From Fimbriimonadia bacterium (GTDB lineage Bacteria > Armatimonadota > Fimbriimonadia > Fimbriimonadales > JABRVX01), in the NCBI GenBank assembly GCA_041483895.1, contig JBGPGO010000014.1, positions 36,296-100,295 on the forward strand: 64,000 bases of DNA, written 5' to 3'. The notes beneath the pieces were generated by a model. It was given only the letters and a program-made list of their open reading frames with translations. It searched no databases and had not been told where the DNA came from. The stretch's first letter is position 1; every line of letters begins with the position of its first letter. A program made the translations under genes and the position numbers. Positions 9,405 through 19,661 of this stretch are shown here, piece by piece.

Positions 9405-10901
9405 CTAGGCCAGCGCGTCCGTATCGATTTGCGCCTTTTGCAAACGACCCGAAGTGTCAACGTACACCGATTTCCATTCGGTGAAAATGTCCAAAACCTG
9501 GCGCCCAGCCTCCCTGTGCCCGTTGCCCGTGTCCTTGACCCCGCCGAACGGAAGGCCAACTTCCGCACCGATTGTCGGACCGTTGATATAGGTGATGCCG
9601 GCCTGAATGTCCCGAATTGCGGCAAACGCCCGGTTCACGTCTTTCGTGTAGATGGAACTAGAGAGACCATAGGCGCTGTCATTCAGCGTTTCGATAGCTG
9701 CCTCGAACGATGGGATTTCGATGACGCTGAGAACCGGGCCGAAGATCTCCTCCTGAAAAATCCGCATGGTGCGCGTGACGCCGGTGAAGATGGTCGGCTC
9801 GTAGAACCAGCCCCGGTCAAAATCACCCCCGGTCTTGGGCTGTCCGCCGATCAGCAGTTTGGCCCCTTCCGCCTTCCCGATCTCGACGTAGCCGTGCACC
9901 CGATCGCGCTGTTTCTCGTTGATGATCGGTCCCATCTGCACGTTCTCGTCCAGCCCGTTGCCGACCCGGATATTTTTGGCCCGCGTCGCGAGGTGATCGA
10001 TGAATGCGGCGGCGATCTCTTTGTGTAGGATGAGACGCGACGTGGCGGTGCAGCGTTGCCCAGTCGTTCCGAACGCCCCCCACAGCGCGCCTTCCAACGC
10101 CAAGTCTAAGTCGGCATCCTCCATAACGATCTGCGCGTTCTTTCCGCCCAATTCCAACGACAGCCGCTTCAGTCGCTCGCCGCAAACCGAGGCCAGCCGG
10201 CGGCCAACCGCCGAGGAGCCGGTAAACGCCACGACGCCCACGTCCGGATGGGTGGCCAGCGGCTCGCCGACCTCCTTATCTCCATAAACGACGTTGAAAA
10301 CGCCCTTCGGCAGGCCCGCCTGCTCGAAGACCTCGGCGAGTTTGGCGATGCTGGCGGGGGTATCGGGCGCTGGTTTGATGACCACCGTGTTGCCGCAGAC
10401 AAGGGCCGGAAATATCTTCCAGGTGGGGACCGCGAGCGGGAAGTTCCACGGCGTGATGATGCCGGCGACACCGATCGGCATCCGAATGCTCATTCCAAAT
10501 TTGTTGGGCAATTCGACCGGGCAGGTGTCGCCATACATCCGGCGGCCCTCCCCGGCGGACATGTAGGCGGTGTCGATGGCCTCCTGCACGTCGCCCCGGG
10601 TCTCGGCCAGCACCTTGCCCATTTCGCGGGTCATCAGCCGGGCCAGCTCCTCTTTGCGCTCCGAGAGGATATCGCCGACGCGCTGGATGATCTGGCCGCG
10701 CTTGGGCGCCGGGGTCAGCGACCAGCCTCGAAATGCCGCCTTCGCCGCCGCGACCGCCGCATTCACTTCCGCTTCCCCACCACGCGGGAATGTGCCAATC
10801 ACATCGTTGTGATCCGCCGGGTTGATGTTGTCGAAACTGCCGCCCGTTCCCGTCGCCACCCACTCGCCGCCAATGTAAGCCCTATACTGCTCTGCCGCCA
10901 C
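9405..10901 (-). CDS. Aldehyde dehydrogenase family protein
   Basis: ITPWNFP, FTGS, LELGGKN, GQRCTA, EEIFGPV, PFGGVK; GTG start overlapping the upstream stop. Confidence 0.95.
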   Translation of the reverse strand: MAAEQYRAYIGGEWVATGTGGSFDNINPADHNDVIGTFPRGGEAEVNAAVAAAKAAFRGWSLTPAPKRGQIIQRVGDILSERKEELARLMTREMGKVLAETRGDVQEAIDTAYMSAGEGRRMYGDTCPVELPNKFGMSIRMPIGVAGIITPWNFPLAVPTWKIFPALVCGNTVVIKPAPDTPASIAKLAEVFEQAGLPKGVFNVVYGDKEVGEPLATHPDVGVVAFTGSSAVGRRLASVCGERLKRLSLELGGKNAQIVMEDADLDLALEGALWGAFGTTGQRCTATSRLILHKEIAAAFIDHLATRAKNIRVGNGLDENVQMGPIINEKQRDRVHGYVEIGKAEGAKLLIGGQPKTGGDFDRGWFYEPTIFTGVTRTMRIFQEEIFGPVLSVIEIPSFEAAIETLNDSAYGLSSSIYTKDVNRAFAAIRDIQAGITYINGPTIGAEVGLPFGGVKDTGNGHREAGRQVLDIFTEWKSVYVDTSGRLQKAQIDTDALA

Positions 10902-11098
10902 TAATGCAGCCCATCGTCGGTAACCACGCCTCCACCGGCGCCGGACGGCATGCCCTTCACTTCGCCCTTCTTCTCGGTATCCTGGGACTTGCCAAGGTCC
11001 ACCTGGCCGCGCTTCTTCTCGGAGCCCTTGAGGGCATCGCACCCCGACCACAGCGCTGCGACGAGGATGGCGGTGAGGATCAACAGTAGCTTTTTCAT
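10901..11098 (-). CDS. Small lipoprotein
   Basis: MKKLLLILTAILVAALWSG-C lipobox; TATAAT 7 nt upstream of ATG. Confidence 0.7.
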   Translation of the reverse strand: MKKLLLILTAILVAALWSGCDALKGSEKKRGQVDLGKSQDTEKKGEVKGMPSGAGGGVVTDDGLH

Positions 11099-11113
11099 GT
11101 GTTGGATTATACG

Positions 11114-11422
11114 CTATGGGTTCAGGCGGCAGCCGGTAATCGTCTGCGCGCGCTCGAGCTGATCTTCGCGGACGAAGATGCTGGCTGGCCCGACCTCTCC
11201 CAAGTTGGCGAACAGACCTTCCGGCCGGACGACGCAGGGGATCTGATTTGCCTTGAGATAGTCCGCGATTGTCCGCGCCTCGAGAATAGAATTCGCGGTT
11301 GTCAACAATGCGAGATCAGCATCGCGTGCATTCGGGATATGTTCGACGAGCGCGACGCCACAATCGGGACATTCTTTGGTTCCGGCGACATATTCATATT
11401 TGCATTTCGGACAGTTCGGCAT
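11114..11422 (-). CDS. Zinc-ribbon + DUF2007-like protein (paralog 3)
   Basis: MPNCPKCKYEY...CPDC, then LKANQIPC...IFVREDQLERA. Confidence 0.75.
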   Translation of the reverse strand: MPNCPKCKYEYVAGTKECPDCGVALVEHIPNARDADLALLTTANSILEARTIADYLKANQIPCVVRPEGLFANLGEVGPASIFVREDQLERAQTITGCRLNP

Positions 11423-11423
11423 T

Positions 11424-11771
11424 TCACGCACCTCTTTCACTCAAGTTCAACGAGGCAAGCACCTTTCTCGCATCTTCTAGATGGTCTTCTAAGACATAGA
11501 TGCTGTTATCAACTCTGCTCTTTCCAGAGGGCGATGAATGGGACCAAGTCTGGATTTTGCTGACGGCCAACGCGTCATTGATCATGAATGCCTGCTGATT
11601 GTCATTTGGCCTTACGAGAAGTACAAGCGGTGAATTGTCAAGATGCATGTTATGCTCGTGCGCCAGTTCTTCAGGGCTTGGTGGCAGTTTGTCAATCAGC
11701 TGCACATTGCAGTCGGGGCATTCAGTGGTCCCTTCGACGTATTCATATCTGCACTCCGGACAAAACGGCAT
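11424..11771 (-). CDS. Zinc-ribbon + DUF2007-like protein (paralog 2)
   Basis: MPFCPECRYEY...CPDC...SIYVLEDHLEDARKV. Confidence 0.75.
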   Translation of the reverse strand: MPFCPECRYEYVEGTTECPDCNVQLIDKLPPSPEELAHEHNMHLDNSPLVLLVRPNDNQQAFMINDALAVSKIQTWSHSSPSGKSRVDNSIYVLEDHLEDARKVLASLNLSERGA

Positions 11772-11772
11772 C

Positions 11773-12153
11773 TCACTTGCCACCACTCTTTCCCAGATTC
11801 AACGACGCAACCACCTTCTGCGCTTCTTCCAGGTGGTCTTGGAGAACATAGATGCTACCGTACTCGCCACCGGCCAATCGCCCGGCAGAACTCCAACACC
11901 TGATCCCGTTGGATGCCAATGCGTAGCGGACGAGCTCTCCCTGTTGGTCGTTTTCCTGATCGAACACACACACGAGCGGTGACTCGTCGAGGTGCTCATT
12001 GTGTTCGCGCCTCAACTCTTCTACGCGCTGCTCGTCCTCACGCTCCAACTCCTTGGGATCCGGCGGCAATTTGTCAACGAGCTTGGCGCCACAATCAGGA
12101 CATTCTTCAGTACCCGCGATGTATTCATAACGGCATTCCGGACAGAACGGCAT
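11773..12153 (-). CDS. Zinc-ribbon + DUF2007-like protein (paralog 1)
   Basis: MPFCPECRYEY...CPDC...SIYVLQDHLEEAQKV; starts 2 nt after the asnS stop. Confidence 0.75.
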   Translation of the reverse strand: MPFCPECRYEYIAGTEECPDCGAKLVDKLPPDPKELEREDEQRVEELRREHNEHLDESPLVCVFDQENDQQGELVRYALASNGIRCWSSAGRLAGGEYGSIYVLQDHLEEAQKVVASLNLGKSGGK

Positions 12154-12155
12154 GG

Positions 12156-13541
12156 CTAGAACTCCGCGCTCTGTGGCGTACGGGGGAACGGGATCACGTC
12201 GCGAATATTCTTCATCCCGGTCACGAACATCAGCATCCGCTCCAATCCGAGCCCGAACCCAGCATGTGGCGAAGTGCCGAATTTTCGCAGTTCCAGATAC
12301 CACCAATAGGCCTCCTCGGGAAGCTCGTTTTCCCGGATGGAGGCGAGCAGCACGCCATGCCGTTCTTCGCGCTGGCTGCCCCCGATGATCTCCCCAATGC
12401 GCGGCGCAAGCACATCCATCGCCCGCACCGTTCGGTCGTCCTCGTTTCGCTTCATATAGAACGCCTTGATCGCCTTCGGGTAGTCGGTTACGACGACCGG
12501 CCGCTTGAACTCCACCTCCGTCAGATGGCGCTCGTGCTCGGTCTGGATATCCATGCCCCAATGCACCGGGAACTCGAACGCTTGGCCGGAATCTTCCAGA
12601 ATCTTGATAGCGTCCGTGTAGGTGACGCGCGCGAAAGGCGACCGCTCCACGTGCTCCAAGGTCGCGATCACCGTGTCATCAATGCGCTGATTAAAAAACT
12701 CTAGATCTTCTCGACAATTGTCCATCACGTACCGGATCAGATACTTCAGGAACTTTTCCGCCAGCGCCGCGTCGCCGTCCAAATCGCAAAATGCCATCTC
12801 TGGCTCGATCATCCAGAACTCCGCCAGGTGCCGGGGCGTGTTGGAGTTCTCGGCCCGGAACGTGGGACCGAAGGTGTAAACGTTGCTGAACGCCAGGGCG
12901 AAAATCTCCGCGTCGAGCTGCCCGCTCACCGTCAGATAGGCGGGCTTGCCGAAGAAGTCCTTCGTGAAGTCCGGCCCACCTTGGCTAGGCAGATTGAAGA
13001 GGTCCAGCGTGGTGACGCCGAACATGGCCCCTGCCCCTTCGCAGTCGGACGCGGTGATGATGGGCGTGTGGACGTAGAGAAACCCCTCGTCGTTGAAGAA
13101 CTTGTGGATGGCGTAGGACAGCGCGTGGCGGACTCGGAATATCGAGCCGAAGGTGTTGGAGCGCACTCGGAGGTGGGCAATCTCGCGCAGGTACTCGAAG
13201 CTGTGGCGCTTCTTCTGCAAGGGGTATTCGGCGGCCGCGGCCGTTCCATGAAGCTCCAATTCGCTGACTTTCAGCTCCACCGCTTGGCCGGAAGCGGGAG
13301 ATTCGACCAGTTCCCCATGCGCCGTGACGCAACTTCCCGTCGTCACTTGTTCCAAGACGTGATCCGGCACCACGCCTTTCTCAATGACAACCTGCAAACT
13401 GGTGAAGCAGCTTCCATCGTTCAGCTCGGCAAAGGAGACGTTTGCGGAGTCGCGCCGGGTCCGCACCCAGCCGGACGCGGCGATCTTCTCTCCGGGTTTC
13501 TTCTTGAGGATGGCCTTGACGGTATGATCGGGGGTCAGCAT
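12156..13541 (-). CDS. asnS: Asparagine--tRNA ligase
   Basis: [57 protein letters not shown]. Confidence 0.97.
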   Translation of the reverse strand: MLTPDHTVKAILKKKPGEKIAASGWVRTRRDSANVSFAELNDGSCFTSLQVVIEKGVVPDHVLEQVTTGSCVTAHGELVESPASGQAVELKVSELELHGTAAAAEYPLQKKRHSFEYLREIAHLRVRSNTFGSIFRVRHALSYAIHKFFNDEGFLYVHTPIITASDCEGAGAMFGVTTLDLFNLPSQGGPDFTKDFFGKPAYLTVSGQLDAEIFALAFSNVYTFGPTFRAENSNTPRHLAEFWMIEPEMAFCDLDGDAALAEKFLKYLIRYVMDNCREDLEFFNQRIDDTVIATLEHVERSPFARVTYTDAIKILEDSGQAFEFPVHWGMDIQTEHERHLTEVEFKRPVVVTDYPKAIKAFYMKRNEDDRTVRAMDVLAPRIGEIIGGSQREERHGVLLASIRENELPEEAYWWYLELRKFGTSPHAGFGLGLERMLMFVTGMKNIRDVIPFPRTPQSAEF

Positions 13542-13570
13542 ATATCGTTCATTTTGGCAGATCAGATATG

Positions 13571-13696
13571 GTGTTGGGGTCTTAGGCTGTCTATGTAAGT
13601 TCAGGGTTGCCTGGCGAGGACCCCTACACATCAAGCAAGGTTGGGGTCTATGGTTGTCAGTGTTTGTTCGGTATTGCCAGACGAGGACCCCAACAC
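13571..13696. repeat. Two tandem ~58-bp palindromic elements (family R1: GTGTTGGGGT...ACCCCAACAC)
   Basis: Inverted 10-bp ends with variable interior; further copies at 46397, 53450, 53525 and 62242. Confidence 0.85.
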
Positions 13697-13706
13697 ATCT
13701 CTGAAA

Positions 13707-13928
13707 AGCCCTCCCCTTTTTTCCCGTCCAATGAATCCTCCCGCCTTCCAGCAACCGGGAAAAAGGGGGAGGGTTGGGTGGGGGTGAATTGGGGGGTGTG
13801 GCGCACTTCCATCTGTCCAAGAAGTCGGCATGCGATAGCGAGCGAAGAAACCCCCACCCAACCCTCCCCCTTTTCCAGTTCGCGGTAAATGGAAGGACCC
13901 GGCATGAGTGGAAAAAGGGGAGGGCTTC
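13707..13928. repeat. Inverted pair of family R2 palindromic elements (CCCTCCCC...GGGGAGGG-TTGGGTGGGGG)
   Basis: 13707-13785 and its inverted counterpart 13850-13928; related copies at 24659, 60502, 62313 and 62375. Confidence 0.85.
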
Positions 13929-13937
13929 TTGTCTTCG

Positions 13938-15404
13938 ATGGTAGAACTTCTTCTCGGCGTGGATGTTGGGACCTCCGGCGTTAAAGCTTTGCTCGTCGAT
14001 CGGGGCGGCACGGTCGTAGCGAGCGGGCATGCAGAACTGGACCTGCACACGCCAAGGCCCCTCTGGTCCGAGCAAGACCCGGAGGACTGGTGGCAGGCCG
14101 CCTGCCGGTCCGTGCGAGAAGCGTTGGATCAGGTGGATGGTCTGGTCGTCGGGGTTGGGCTGACCGGCCAGATGCACGGGTCCGTGTTCCTGGGTGCCGG
14201 CGGCAACGTGATCCGGCCCGCAATTTTGTGGAACGACCAACGGACGGAGGCGGAGTGCCGCGAGATCGAGCAGCGCGTTCCCCGGCTCGTCGAGATCACG
14301 TGCAACCCGGCCCTCACCGGGTTCACCGCGCCGAAAATCCTGTGGCTGAGAAACCACGAACCGGACAACTATCGCCGCGTCAAAACGGTCCTTCTGCCGA
14401 AAGACTACATCCGGTATCGACTTACCGGTCAGTACTTTTCGGAGGTATCGGACGCATCGGGGACAAGCCTTTTAGACGTTCCGGCCCGCCGTTGGTCTGA
14501 GGAGATTCTGGGTCAACTTGAAATTCCCGCCGATTGGATGCCGCCGCTCGGCGAAGGGCCAGAGCCGACTACGAAGGTAACGAACGACGACTGGGGGGTG
14601 CCAATCGGAACCCCGGTTGTCGGCGGCGGCGGGGACCAGGCGGCGGGCGCGGTCGGGGTTGGCAGTATCCAAGAGGGCGTGGTCTCCACCGCCATCGGAA
14701 CGAGCGGCGTGGTGTTTTCCGCGCTCGATTCGCCCAGCGTGGACCCGCAGCTCAGCGCGCACACGTTTTGCCATGCCGTACCTGGCAAATGGCATGTGAT
14801 GGGCGTGATGCTCTCGGCGGCCGGCAGCCTGCGTTGGTTCCGCGACACCTTTTGCCCCGGCGAGAGCTACGATTCGATCGCGCAGATGGGCGCAACAGTT
14901 CCGGCGGGCGCGGAGGGCCTGTTCTTCCTTCCCTATCTTTCCGGGGAGCGCTCGCCGCACAAGAACCCGAACGCCCGCGCTGTATTTTTCGGCGCGACGC
15001 TAGCCCACACGAAGGCCCACTTCGCGCGCGCCGTATTCGAGGGTGTTGCGTACGGTCTGCGCGACTCGTATGAGCTGCTGAAGGGGATGGGGATTGCCAT
15101 CACGGAGGCGCGGGCGACCGGCGGCGGGGCGCGGAGCGATTTTTGGCTGCAGGTCCTTTCGGATGTCACAAATGCCCCGCATGTGAGAGTCAATGTGGAT
15201 GAGGGGCCGTCCTATGGCGCGGCGCTTCTTGCTGGCGTCGGCATCGGCTGGTGGCCGTCGGTGGAAGAGGCTTGCCGCGCCTGCATCGTTCTGGGCAACC
15301 GCATCGAGCCGGATGCTGGGAATGTCGCCTCGTATGAGAAGGGATACCAACAATTCCAAGCCCTTTATACAGACCTTCTCCCCCAATTTCGGACGGATCG
15401 CTAG
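13938..15404 (+). CDS. xylB: Xylulokinase
   Basis: [55 protein letters not shown]. Confidence 0.93.
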   Translation: MVELLLGVDVGTSGVKALLVDRGGTVVASGHAELDLHTPRPLWSEQDPEDWWQAACRSVREALDQVDGLVVGVGLTGQMHGSVFLGAGGNVIRPAILWNDQRTEAECREIEQRVPRLVEITCNPALTGFTAPKILWLRNHEPDNYRRVKTVLLPKDYIRYRLTGQYFSEVSDASGTSLLDVPARRWSEEILGQLEIPADWMPPLGEGPEPTTKVTNDDWGVPIGTPVVGGGGDQAAGAVGVGSIQEGVVSTAIGTSGVVFSALDSPSVDPQLSAHTFCHAVPGKWHVMGVMLSAAGSLRWFRDTFCPGESYDSIAQMGATVPAGAEGLFFLPYLSGERSPHKNPNARAVFFGATLAHTKAHFARAVFEGVAYGLRDSYELLKGMGIAITEARATGGGARSDFWLQVLSDVTNAPHVRVNVDEGPSYGAALLAGVGIGWWPSVEEACRACIVLGNRIEPDAGNVASYEKGYQQFQALYTDLLPQFRTDR

Positions 15405-15429
15405 CGCCGAAACAGGATAGAATGGAGCT

Positions 15430-16293
15430 ATGAGCAGAGTGATCACCGACGAACAGGCCCAGTTTTTTCATGACAACGGATATCTCATCTTGAGAGGCGT
15501 CCTGGATGAGCGGGAGCTCTCAGCATTGCGCCGGGCAACGGACGAGCTGATCGGCCAAGGCACAAGTGGCGCCAATGACGACCCGGATTTTGCCTACGGA
15601 AAGGGATTGGCCACAGGGGCGCCGGTCCTAAAACGCGTCGAGTACGTGATCGATAAGAAGGATGCCTGCAAGGCGCTGCTCGGCCACCCGTTTATCCTGC
15701 GCTCGGTGGAGAAGCTGATGGGCCCGGACCTGATTCCGACCTGGGATTCCATGGTTATCAAGATGCCGGGCGAGGGGATTGTTGTTCCATGGCATCGCGA
15801 TGCGGGGACGGAGTGTGTCGGAGATGTGCCGATCTTCAACGTGGACTTTTATCTGGACGAGGCCGACCGGAATACGTGCGTTTGGGTCATCCCGGGCAGC
15901 CATCTCTGGGAGCCGGACCGAATCAAGGATTGGATTGCCGCCCGGCCCGCAGGCGACGTTCCGGTCGATGAGTTCGTTCCCGATGGCGCTGTGCCTGCCA
16001 TGATGCAGCCCGGTGACGTGATGTTCCACAACATTCTCGTGCTCCATGGCTCTCCCTCTAACCGAGGCGATAAGCTGCGGCGGGTGATCTATTACGAATT
16101 CCGCGCCGCGCATGTGGAAAAGGCTCTGGGTCCGCATATTCCGGAATATATTCCTCTGAAGCAGAATGTGCTCAATGCATGCATTCAGCGTCGGGCTAAG
16201 TTGCTTCCGGATGAAGAGCCGTACCTGGCGCCCGCGCCGCACGATCAGCCGTCGACGTATCGGTATGCGCATGGGGATTACTGGAGAAAATAG
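15430..16293 (+). CDS. PhyH-family Fe(II)/2-oxoglutarate dioxygenase
   Basis: PWHRD, VIPGSH, PGDVMFH...HGS..N...RR. Confidence 0.9.
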   Translation: MSRVITDEQAQFFHDNGYLILRGVLDERELSALRRATDELIGQGTSGANDDPDFAYGKGLATGAPVLKRVEYVIDKKDACKALLGHPFILRSVEKLMGPDLIPTWDSMVIKMPGEGIVVPWHRDAGTECVGDVPIFNVDFYLDEADRNTCVWVIPGSHLWEPDRIKDWIAARPAGDVPVDEFVPDGAVPAMMQPGDVMFHNILVLHGSPSNRGDKLRRVIYYEFRAAHVEKALGPHIPEYIPLKQNVLNACIQRRAKLLPDEEPYLAPAPHDQPSTYRYAHGDYWRK

Positions 16294-16294
16294 C

Positions 16295-16369
16295 TGGAGC
16301 GGGAGACGGGAATCGAACCCGCGACATTCAGCTTGGGAAGCTGACGTTCTACCGCTGAACTACCCCCGC
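16295..16369 (-). tRNA. tRNA-Gly (anticodon CCC) with encoded CCA
   Basis: Minus strand GCGGGGGTAGTTCAGCGGTAGAACGTCAGCTTCCCAAGCTGAATGTCGCGGGTTCGATTCCCGTCTCCCGCTCCA folds as a cloverleaf. Confidence 0.97.
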
Positions 16370-16382
16370 TCATTGTCTTGAA

Positions 16383-16411
16383 AGTATATCGTCATAAGTG
16401 CAGGGAGTCAA
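16383..16411 (-). promoter_or_regulatory. Sigma70-type promoter for tRNA-Gly
   Basis: TTGACT-17 nt-TATACT on the minus strand just upstream of the tRNA. Confidence 0.75.
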
Positions 16412-16422
16412 GAAACTGGTTC

Positions 16423-16620
16423 TCACGAGCGTCTCGTCGGAAACCGATACAGACCCGAATCGATGTCTTCCTTGGTGGTGGAGCCTGGGTATGACCCGTA
16501 ACACTCGCTAAGGAAGTGCCCCTTCCCGCCGTTCTGCAGCCGCTTCATCTCCATCTTGACCTCGGCAAGTTCGGCCTTTAGCTCCTGTTCTCGCTTCTTG
16601 AGTTCCTCTATCGTCTTCAT
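16423..16620 (-). CDS. Small coiled-coil hypothetical protein
   Basis: 65 aa, heptad-rich N-terminus; TATAAT 8 nt upstream of ATG. Confidence 0.55.
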   Translation of the reverse strand: MKTIEELKKREQELKAELAEVKMEMKRLQNGGKGHFLSECYGSYPGSTTKEDIDSGLYRFPTRRS

Positions 16621-16682
16621 ACAATCGTATTATACGCCTCCTCTTGACCAGAAGCCTCTCCACGTGTTACCGTAGGCATTCC

Positions 16683-17174
16683 ATGGCCAAAGAAGCGATT
16701 GAACTCACTGCGCAAGGAAAAGGCAAGATTGAAAAGGAGCTCGAGCACCTCAAGGGCCCGCGCCGGGCGTTCATGTCTGAGGCCCTCAGAGAGGCGCGAT
16801 CCCATGGCGATCTGCGAGAAAACGCGGCATACGATGAGGCTAAATTGAACCAGGCGCGGCTGGAGGGCCGAATCAAAGACCTCGAATGGATATTGGAGCG
16901 GGCCCAAATCATCGAACGCCCGGACGGTGCCGGGGCGATGCTGCATCTCGGCTCGAAAGTCGTGGTTCGCGAAGCAGGTTCCAATTTTGAGGAAGAGTTC
17001 ACGTTAGTGGGAGCATTCGAGGCGGATCCGTCTCAGGGATTGATTTCCATCATTTCGCCCATCGGCAAGGCATTGATCGGACGCGAAGCCGGGAATGTTG
17101 TTTCCGTCGAAGGACCAAAGGGAGAGTTTCACTACGAGATCGTAGCCGTACACGAGCCGGATCTAACCGATTAG
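16683..17174 (+). CDS. greA: Transcription elongation factor GreA
   Basis: HGDLRENAAYDEAK, ISIISPIGKALIG. Confidence 0.95.
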   Translation: MAKEAIELTAQGKGKIEKELEHLKGPRRAFMSEALREARSHGDLRENAAYDEAKLNQARLEGRIKDLEWILERAQIIERPDGAGAMLHLGSKVVVREAGSNFEEEFTLVGAFEADPSQGLISIISPIGKALIGREAGNVVSVEGPKGEFHYEIVAVHEPDLTD

Positions 17175-17362
17175 ACCGGTATAAATACGAGGTTTGGTCA
17201 TGATTGGGTCATTTGCCCCGCGCATACTGAGCAGAAAACTGTTCTATACTCCGTGATCTTGACAAGGCAGCCGAAATAAACCAATCAGGGCCCACACCCG
17301 GAACGTATCTTCTATTAGGCACTTAGGTCGATCAAATCTCGAGTCGGAGGACAACACCCACC

Positions 17363-18229
17363 ATGAAGCGGGGTTTCACGCTCATTGAGCTTCTCGTCGT
17401 CATCGCCATCATCGCGATATTAGCCGCCATTCTCTTCCCGGTCTTTGCGCAGGCCCGGAACCAAGCGAAGAAGACCCAGGCGCAAAGCAATTTCAACCAA
17501 ATTGGCAAAGCCATGGAAATGTACAAATCGGATAACGGACAGAAGTATCCGATGGGCTTGTACGTGTACGGTCCTCTCAACCATCTCAACAACCGAGTTT
17601 GGGGCCAACTCGTTCAACCGTACACCAAGAACTGGGACGTTTTCGCGGATCCGGTGGACAGCAATCAAGGCATCACCAATTTTCAAACGGACCACAGTAC
17701 CGGTTCGAAGTGCCCGGCCGCCACGTTGCAGCTTTGCCAGCAGTTTTGGCAGGCGACCGTTTCCAACGTTGGCATCAACATGGATTACATCATGCCGGTC
17801 ATAACCGATGAGAACGGCAACGACTTACCCGTGGGGATCAAAGATACGCGGAACCAGGCGCCGTCCAAGTGCATTTTGGCGGTGGACAGCGTTTGGGATC
17901 GGGACTCCACGAGCGGCCAGCCGAAGGGTGGCGGCAGCTTCCTCGTCGATCCGCCCGCTGAGAAATTTAACGGGAATAGCACATTCCCCTACGCAGAAGT
18001 CGGACAATTTTCGTACGGCGGAGGCTGGTTTCCCAGCAAGCCGAAGGCATGGAACGTTTATGGCGGCGTATGGCCTTGGCACCTCGGCGGAGGTCAGGCC
18101 GTGGTCATCTTCACCGACACTCACGTCAAAACACTGACGATTCCGCAGCTGGTTGACGGCTGCACCGTCAGTGACGGATTTGGTGGAGCGATCACGGATC
18201 GGGACCGATACCTCTGGGACCTGCAGTAA
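17363..18229 (+). CDS. Prepilin-type N-methylation protein, DUF1559/H-X9-DG-like (copy P1)
   Basis: [33 protein letters not shown]-terminal WPWH...FTDTHVK...WDLQ; GGAGG RBS. Confidence 0.92.
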   Translation: MKRGFTLIELLVVIAIIAILAAILFPVFAQARNQAKKTQAQSNFNQIGKAMEMYKSDNGQKYPMGLYVYGPLNHLNNRVWGQLVQPYTKNWDVFADPVDSNQGITNFQTDHSTGSKCPAATLQLCQQFWQATVSNVGINMDYIMPVITDENGNDLPVGIKDTRNQAPSKCILAVDSVWDRDSTSGQPKGGGSFLVDPPAEKFNGNSTFPYAEVGQFSYGGGWFPSKPKAWNVYGGVWPWHLGGGQAVVIFTDTHVKTLTIPQLVDGCTVSDGFGGAITDRDRYLWDLQ

Positions 18230-18251
18230 TCAACCTTTAGGCCTTTGTAAT

Positions 18252-18285
18252 TTCGGCAGCCGCCCATGTCGTGGAGGCTGCCGAA
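18252..18285 (+). terminator. Stem-loop after P1
   Basis: TTCGGCAGC...GCTGCCGAA inverted repeat; no U-tract on the + strand. Confidence 0.5.
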
Positions 18286-18309
18286 GCCATAAATGGAAAG
18301 CGGAGTTCT

Positions 18310-18620
18310 GTATTAATACTGGGTTTAAGGTGGATTGAACCGATAGCCGGTATTTTGCGTCAGGTTAATTGGCACTCCACCAGTCATTAATCTGTTCCTT
18401 TCTAATGGCAACTGGAAAATCTCAACCAATTTGCCAAGGATTGAGATAGAATAAAGGTTCATGCGCCGGCGTTGCTCTTTCGTAACGTCGCAGCGACCAA
18501 ATCACCTTGTAGGAGGTACCGACTCATCATGAAACGAGGCTTTACGCTCATCGAACTCCTCGTCGTCATCGCAATCATTGCTATTCTAGCGGCTATTCTT
18601 TTCCCTGTCTTCGCGCAAGC
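18310..18620 (+). repeat. Duplicated leader plus 5' end of pilin-like gene (copy 1; copy 2 at 20238-20547)
   Basis: Near-identical stretches, e.g. ATAGCCGGTATTTTGCGTCAGGTT and CGACCAAATCACCTTGTAGGAGGTACC; starts with palindrome GTATTAATAC. Confidence 0.9.
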
Positions 18621-19383
18621 GAGGCTTCAGGCCAAAAAGACCGCCTGCCAAAGTAATTTTAATCAGATTGGCAAGGCGATGGAAATGTATAAGACCGACA
18701 ATGATCAGAAGTATGCACCGACCAACTTGGATCCGTACACATTCCATTTTCCGGATAAGCCGTGGACATGGACAATCCAAAGCTATGTAAAGAACTGGAA
18801 CGTCTACAGTTGCCCAGGCGATCCCAATCAGGTTGATAAGACGCTCGAAAGAAATGTGGAAACCAACGCAGCTTGCGCGCCGACCGATACGAACTGCAAG
18901 TATTACGGACGCGGCACCTTGGCCAACATCGGCCTCAACATGCAAAATCTGTCTCCGCTTGCATGCGTCGGCTCTCACTGCGGAGGCTGGGGCATCAAAG
19001 ATACTCGCAACCAGGCCCCGTCCAAATGCATATTGGCTGTGGACAGCATTTGGGACCGCGATCCAGTGTCGGGCGCTCCCATCGGTGGGGGCAATTGGGC
19101 CCTCGATCCACCGGCAAATAAGCTTCCTGACAACACCAACACGCTACCCTTACCAGCAGGCTACTCGACGTGGTGGTGGTTCGGCGGTTGGAACCCGAGC
19201 AAGCCATTGGCATGGAACTTCTATGGAGGTTGCTGGCCTTGGCATGGATCGTGTACAGTCATATTCACCGATACGCACGTCAAGAACCTTAAGCCGCTCC
19301 AGCTCGCCGAGGGTTGTGACCTGCAGGATGGCTGGACGGGGTTCATCCTCGATCGAGACAAGTACCTTTGGGATCTTCAATAA
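18529..19383 (+). CDS. Prepilin-type N-methylation protein (copy P2)
   Basis: [24 protein letters not shown]...FTDTHVK...WDLQ. Confidence 0.92.
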   Translation: MKRGFTLIELLVVIAIIAILAAILFPVFAQARLQAKKTACQSNFNQIGKAMEMYKTDNDQKYAPTNLDPYTFHFPDKPWTWTIQSYVKNWNVYSCPGDPNQVDKTLERNVETNAACAPTDTNCKYYGRGTLANIGLNMQNLSPLACVGSHCGGWGIKDTRNQAPSKCILAVDSIWDRDPVSGAPIGGGNWALDPPANKLPDNTNTLPLPAGYSTWWWFGGWNPSKPLAWNFYGGCWPWHGSCTVIFTDTHVKNLKPLQLAEGCDLQDGWTGFILDRDKYLWDLQ

Positions 19384-19386
19384 AAC

Positions 19387-19608
19387 ATGAAGAAATCTGT
19401 TAATCCGCTTTGGATCGTCGTTGGCCTCGTCGTGGCGGGGGTCATTCTAGCGATCGCCTTCATGAAGGGCGGTTCAAATCCGGACATGCCCGATACCGCG
19501 AAAGATGCTGAGACCATCAAGCAAATGAAGCACCAAGATACGGGTCTGCAACCTGGCGGCACTCGCCCTGGTGAGATCGGCCCGACGACGGGACGGGGCG
19601 GAAAATAA
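19387..19608 (+). CDS. Small single-TM partner protein (S1)
   Basis: MKKSVNPLWIVV, TM helix, Pro/Gly-rich tail; starts 3 nt after the P2 stop. Confidence 0.75.
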   Translation: MKKSVNPLWIVVGLVVAGVILAIAFMKGGSNPDMPDTAKDAETIKQMKHQDTGLQPGGTRPGEIGPTTGRGGK

Positions 19609-19661
19609 TCAACGCTGTTTGAGGGGGGATATTGCTATCCCTCCTCGGACAGAATTGGACC

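Noticed and set aside
12156..14357. 733-aa version of asnS with a long N-terminal extension
   Set aside because: The extension runs through repeat DNA and antisense xylB; AsnRS similarity begins at ATG 13541
16295..16369. tRNA-Gly as an integration site for an island carrying the pilin array
   Set aside because: No integrase and no duplicated tRNA 3' end seen; greA and other core genes flank the region
18431..18452. TTGCCA...TAGAAT as a sigma70 promoter in the duplicated leader
   Set aside because: The spacer is only 10 nt, so the -35 assignment is unsupported
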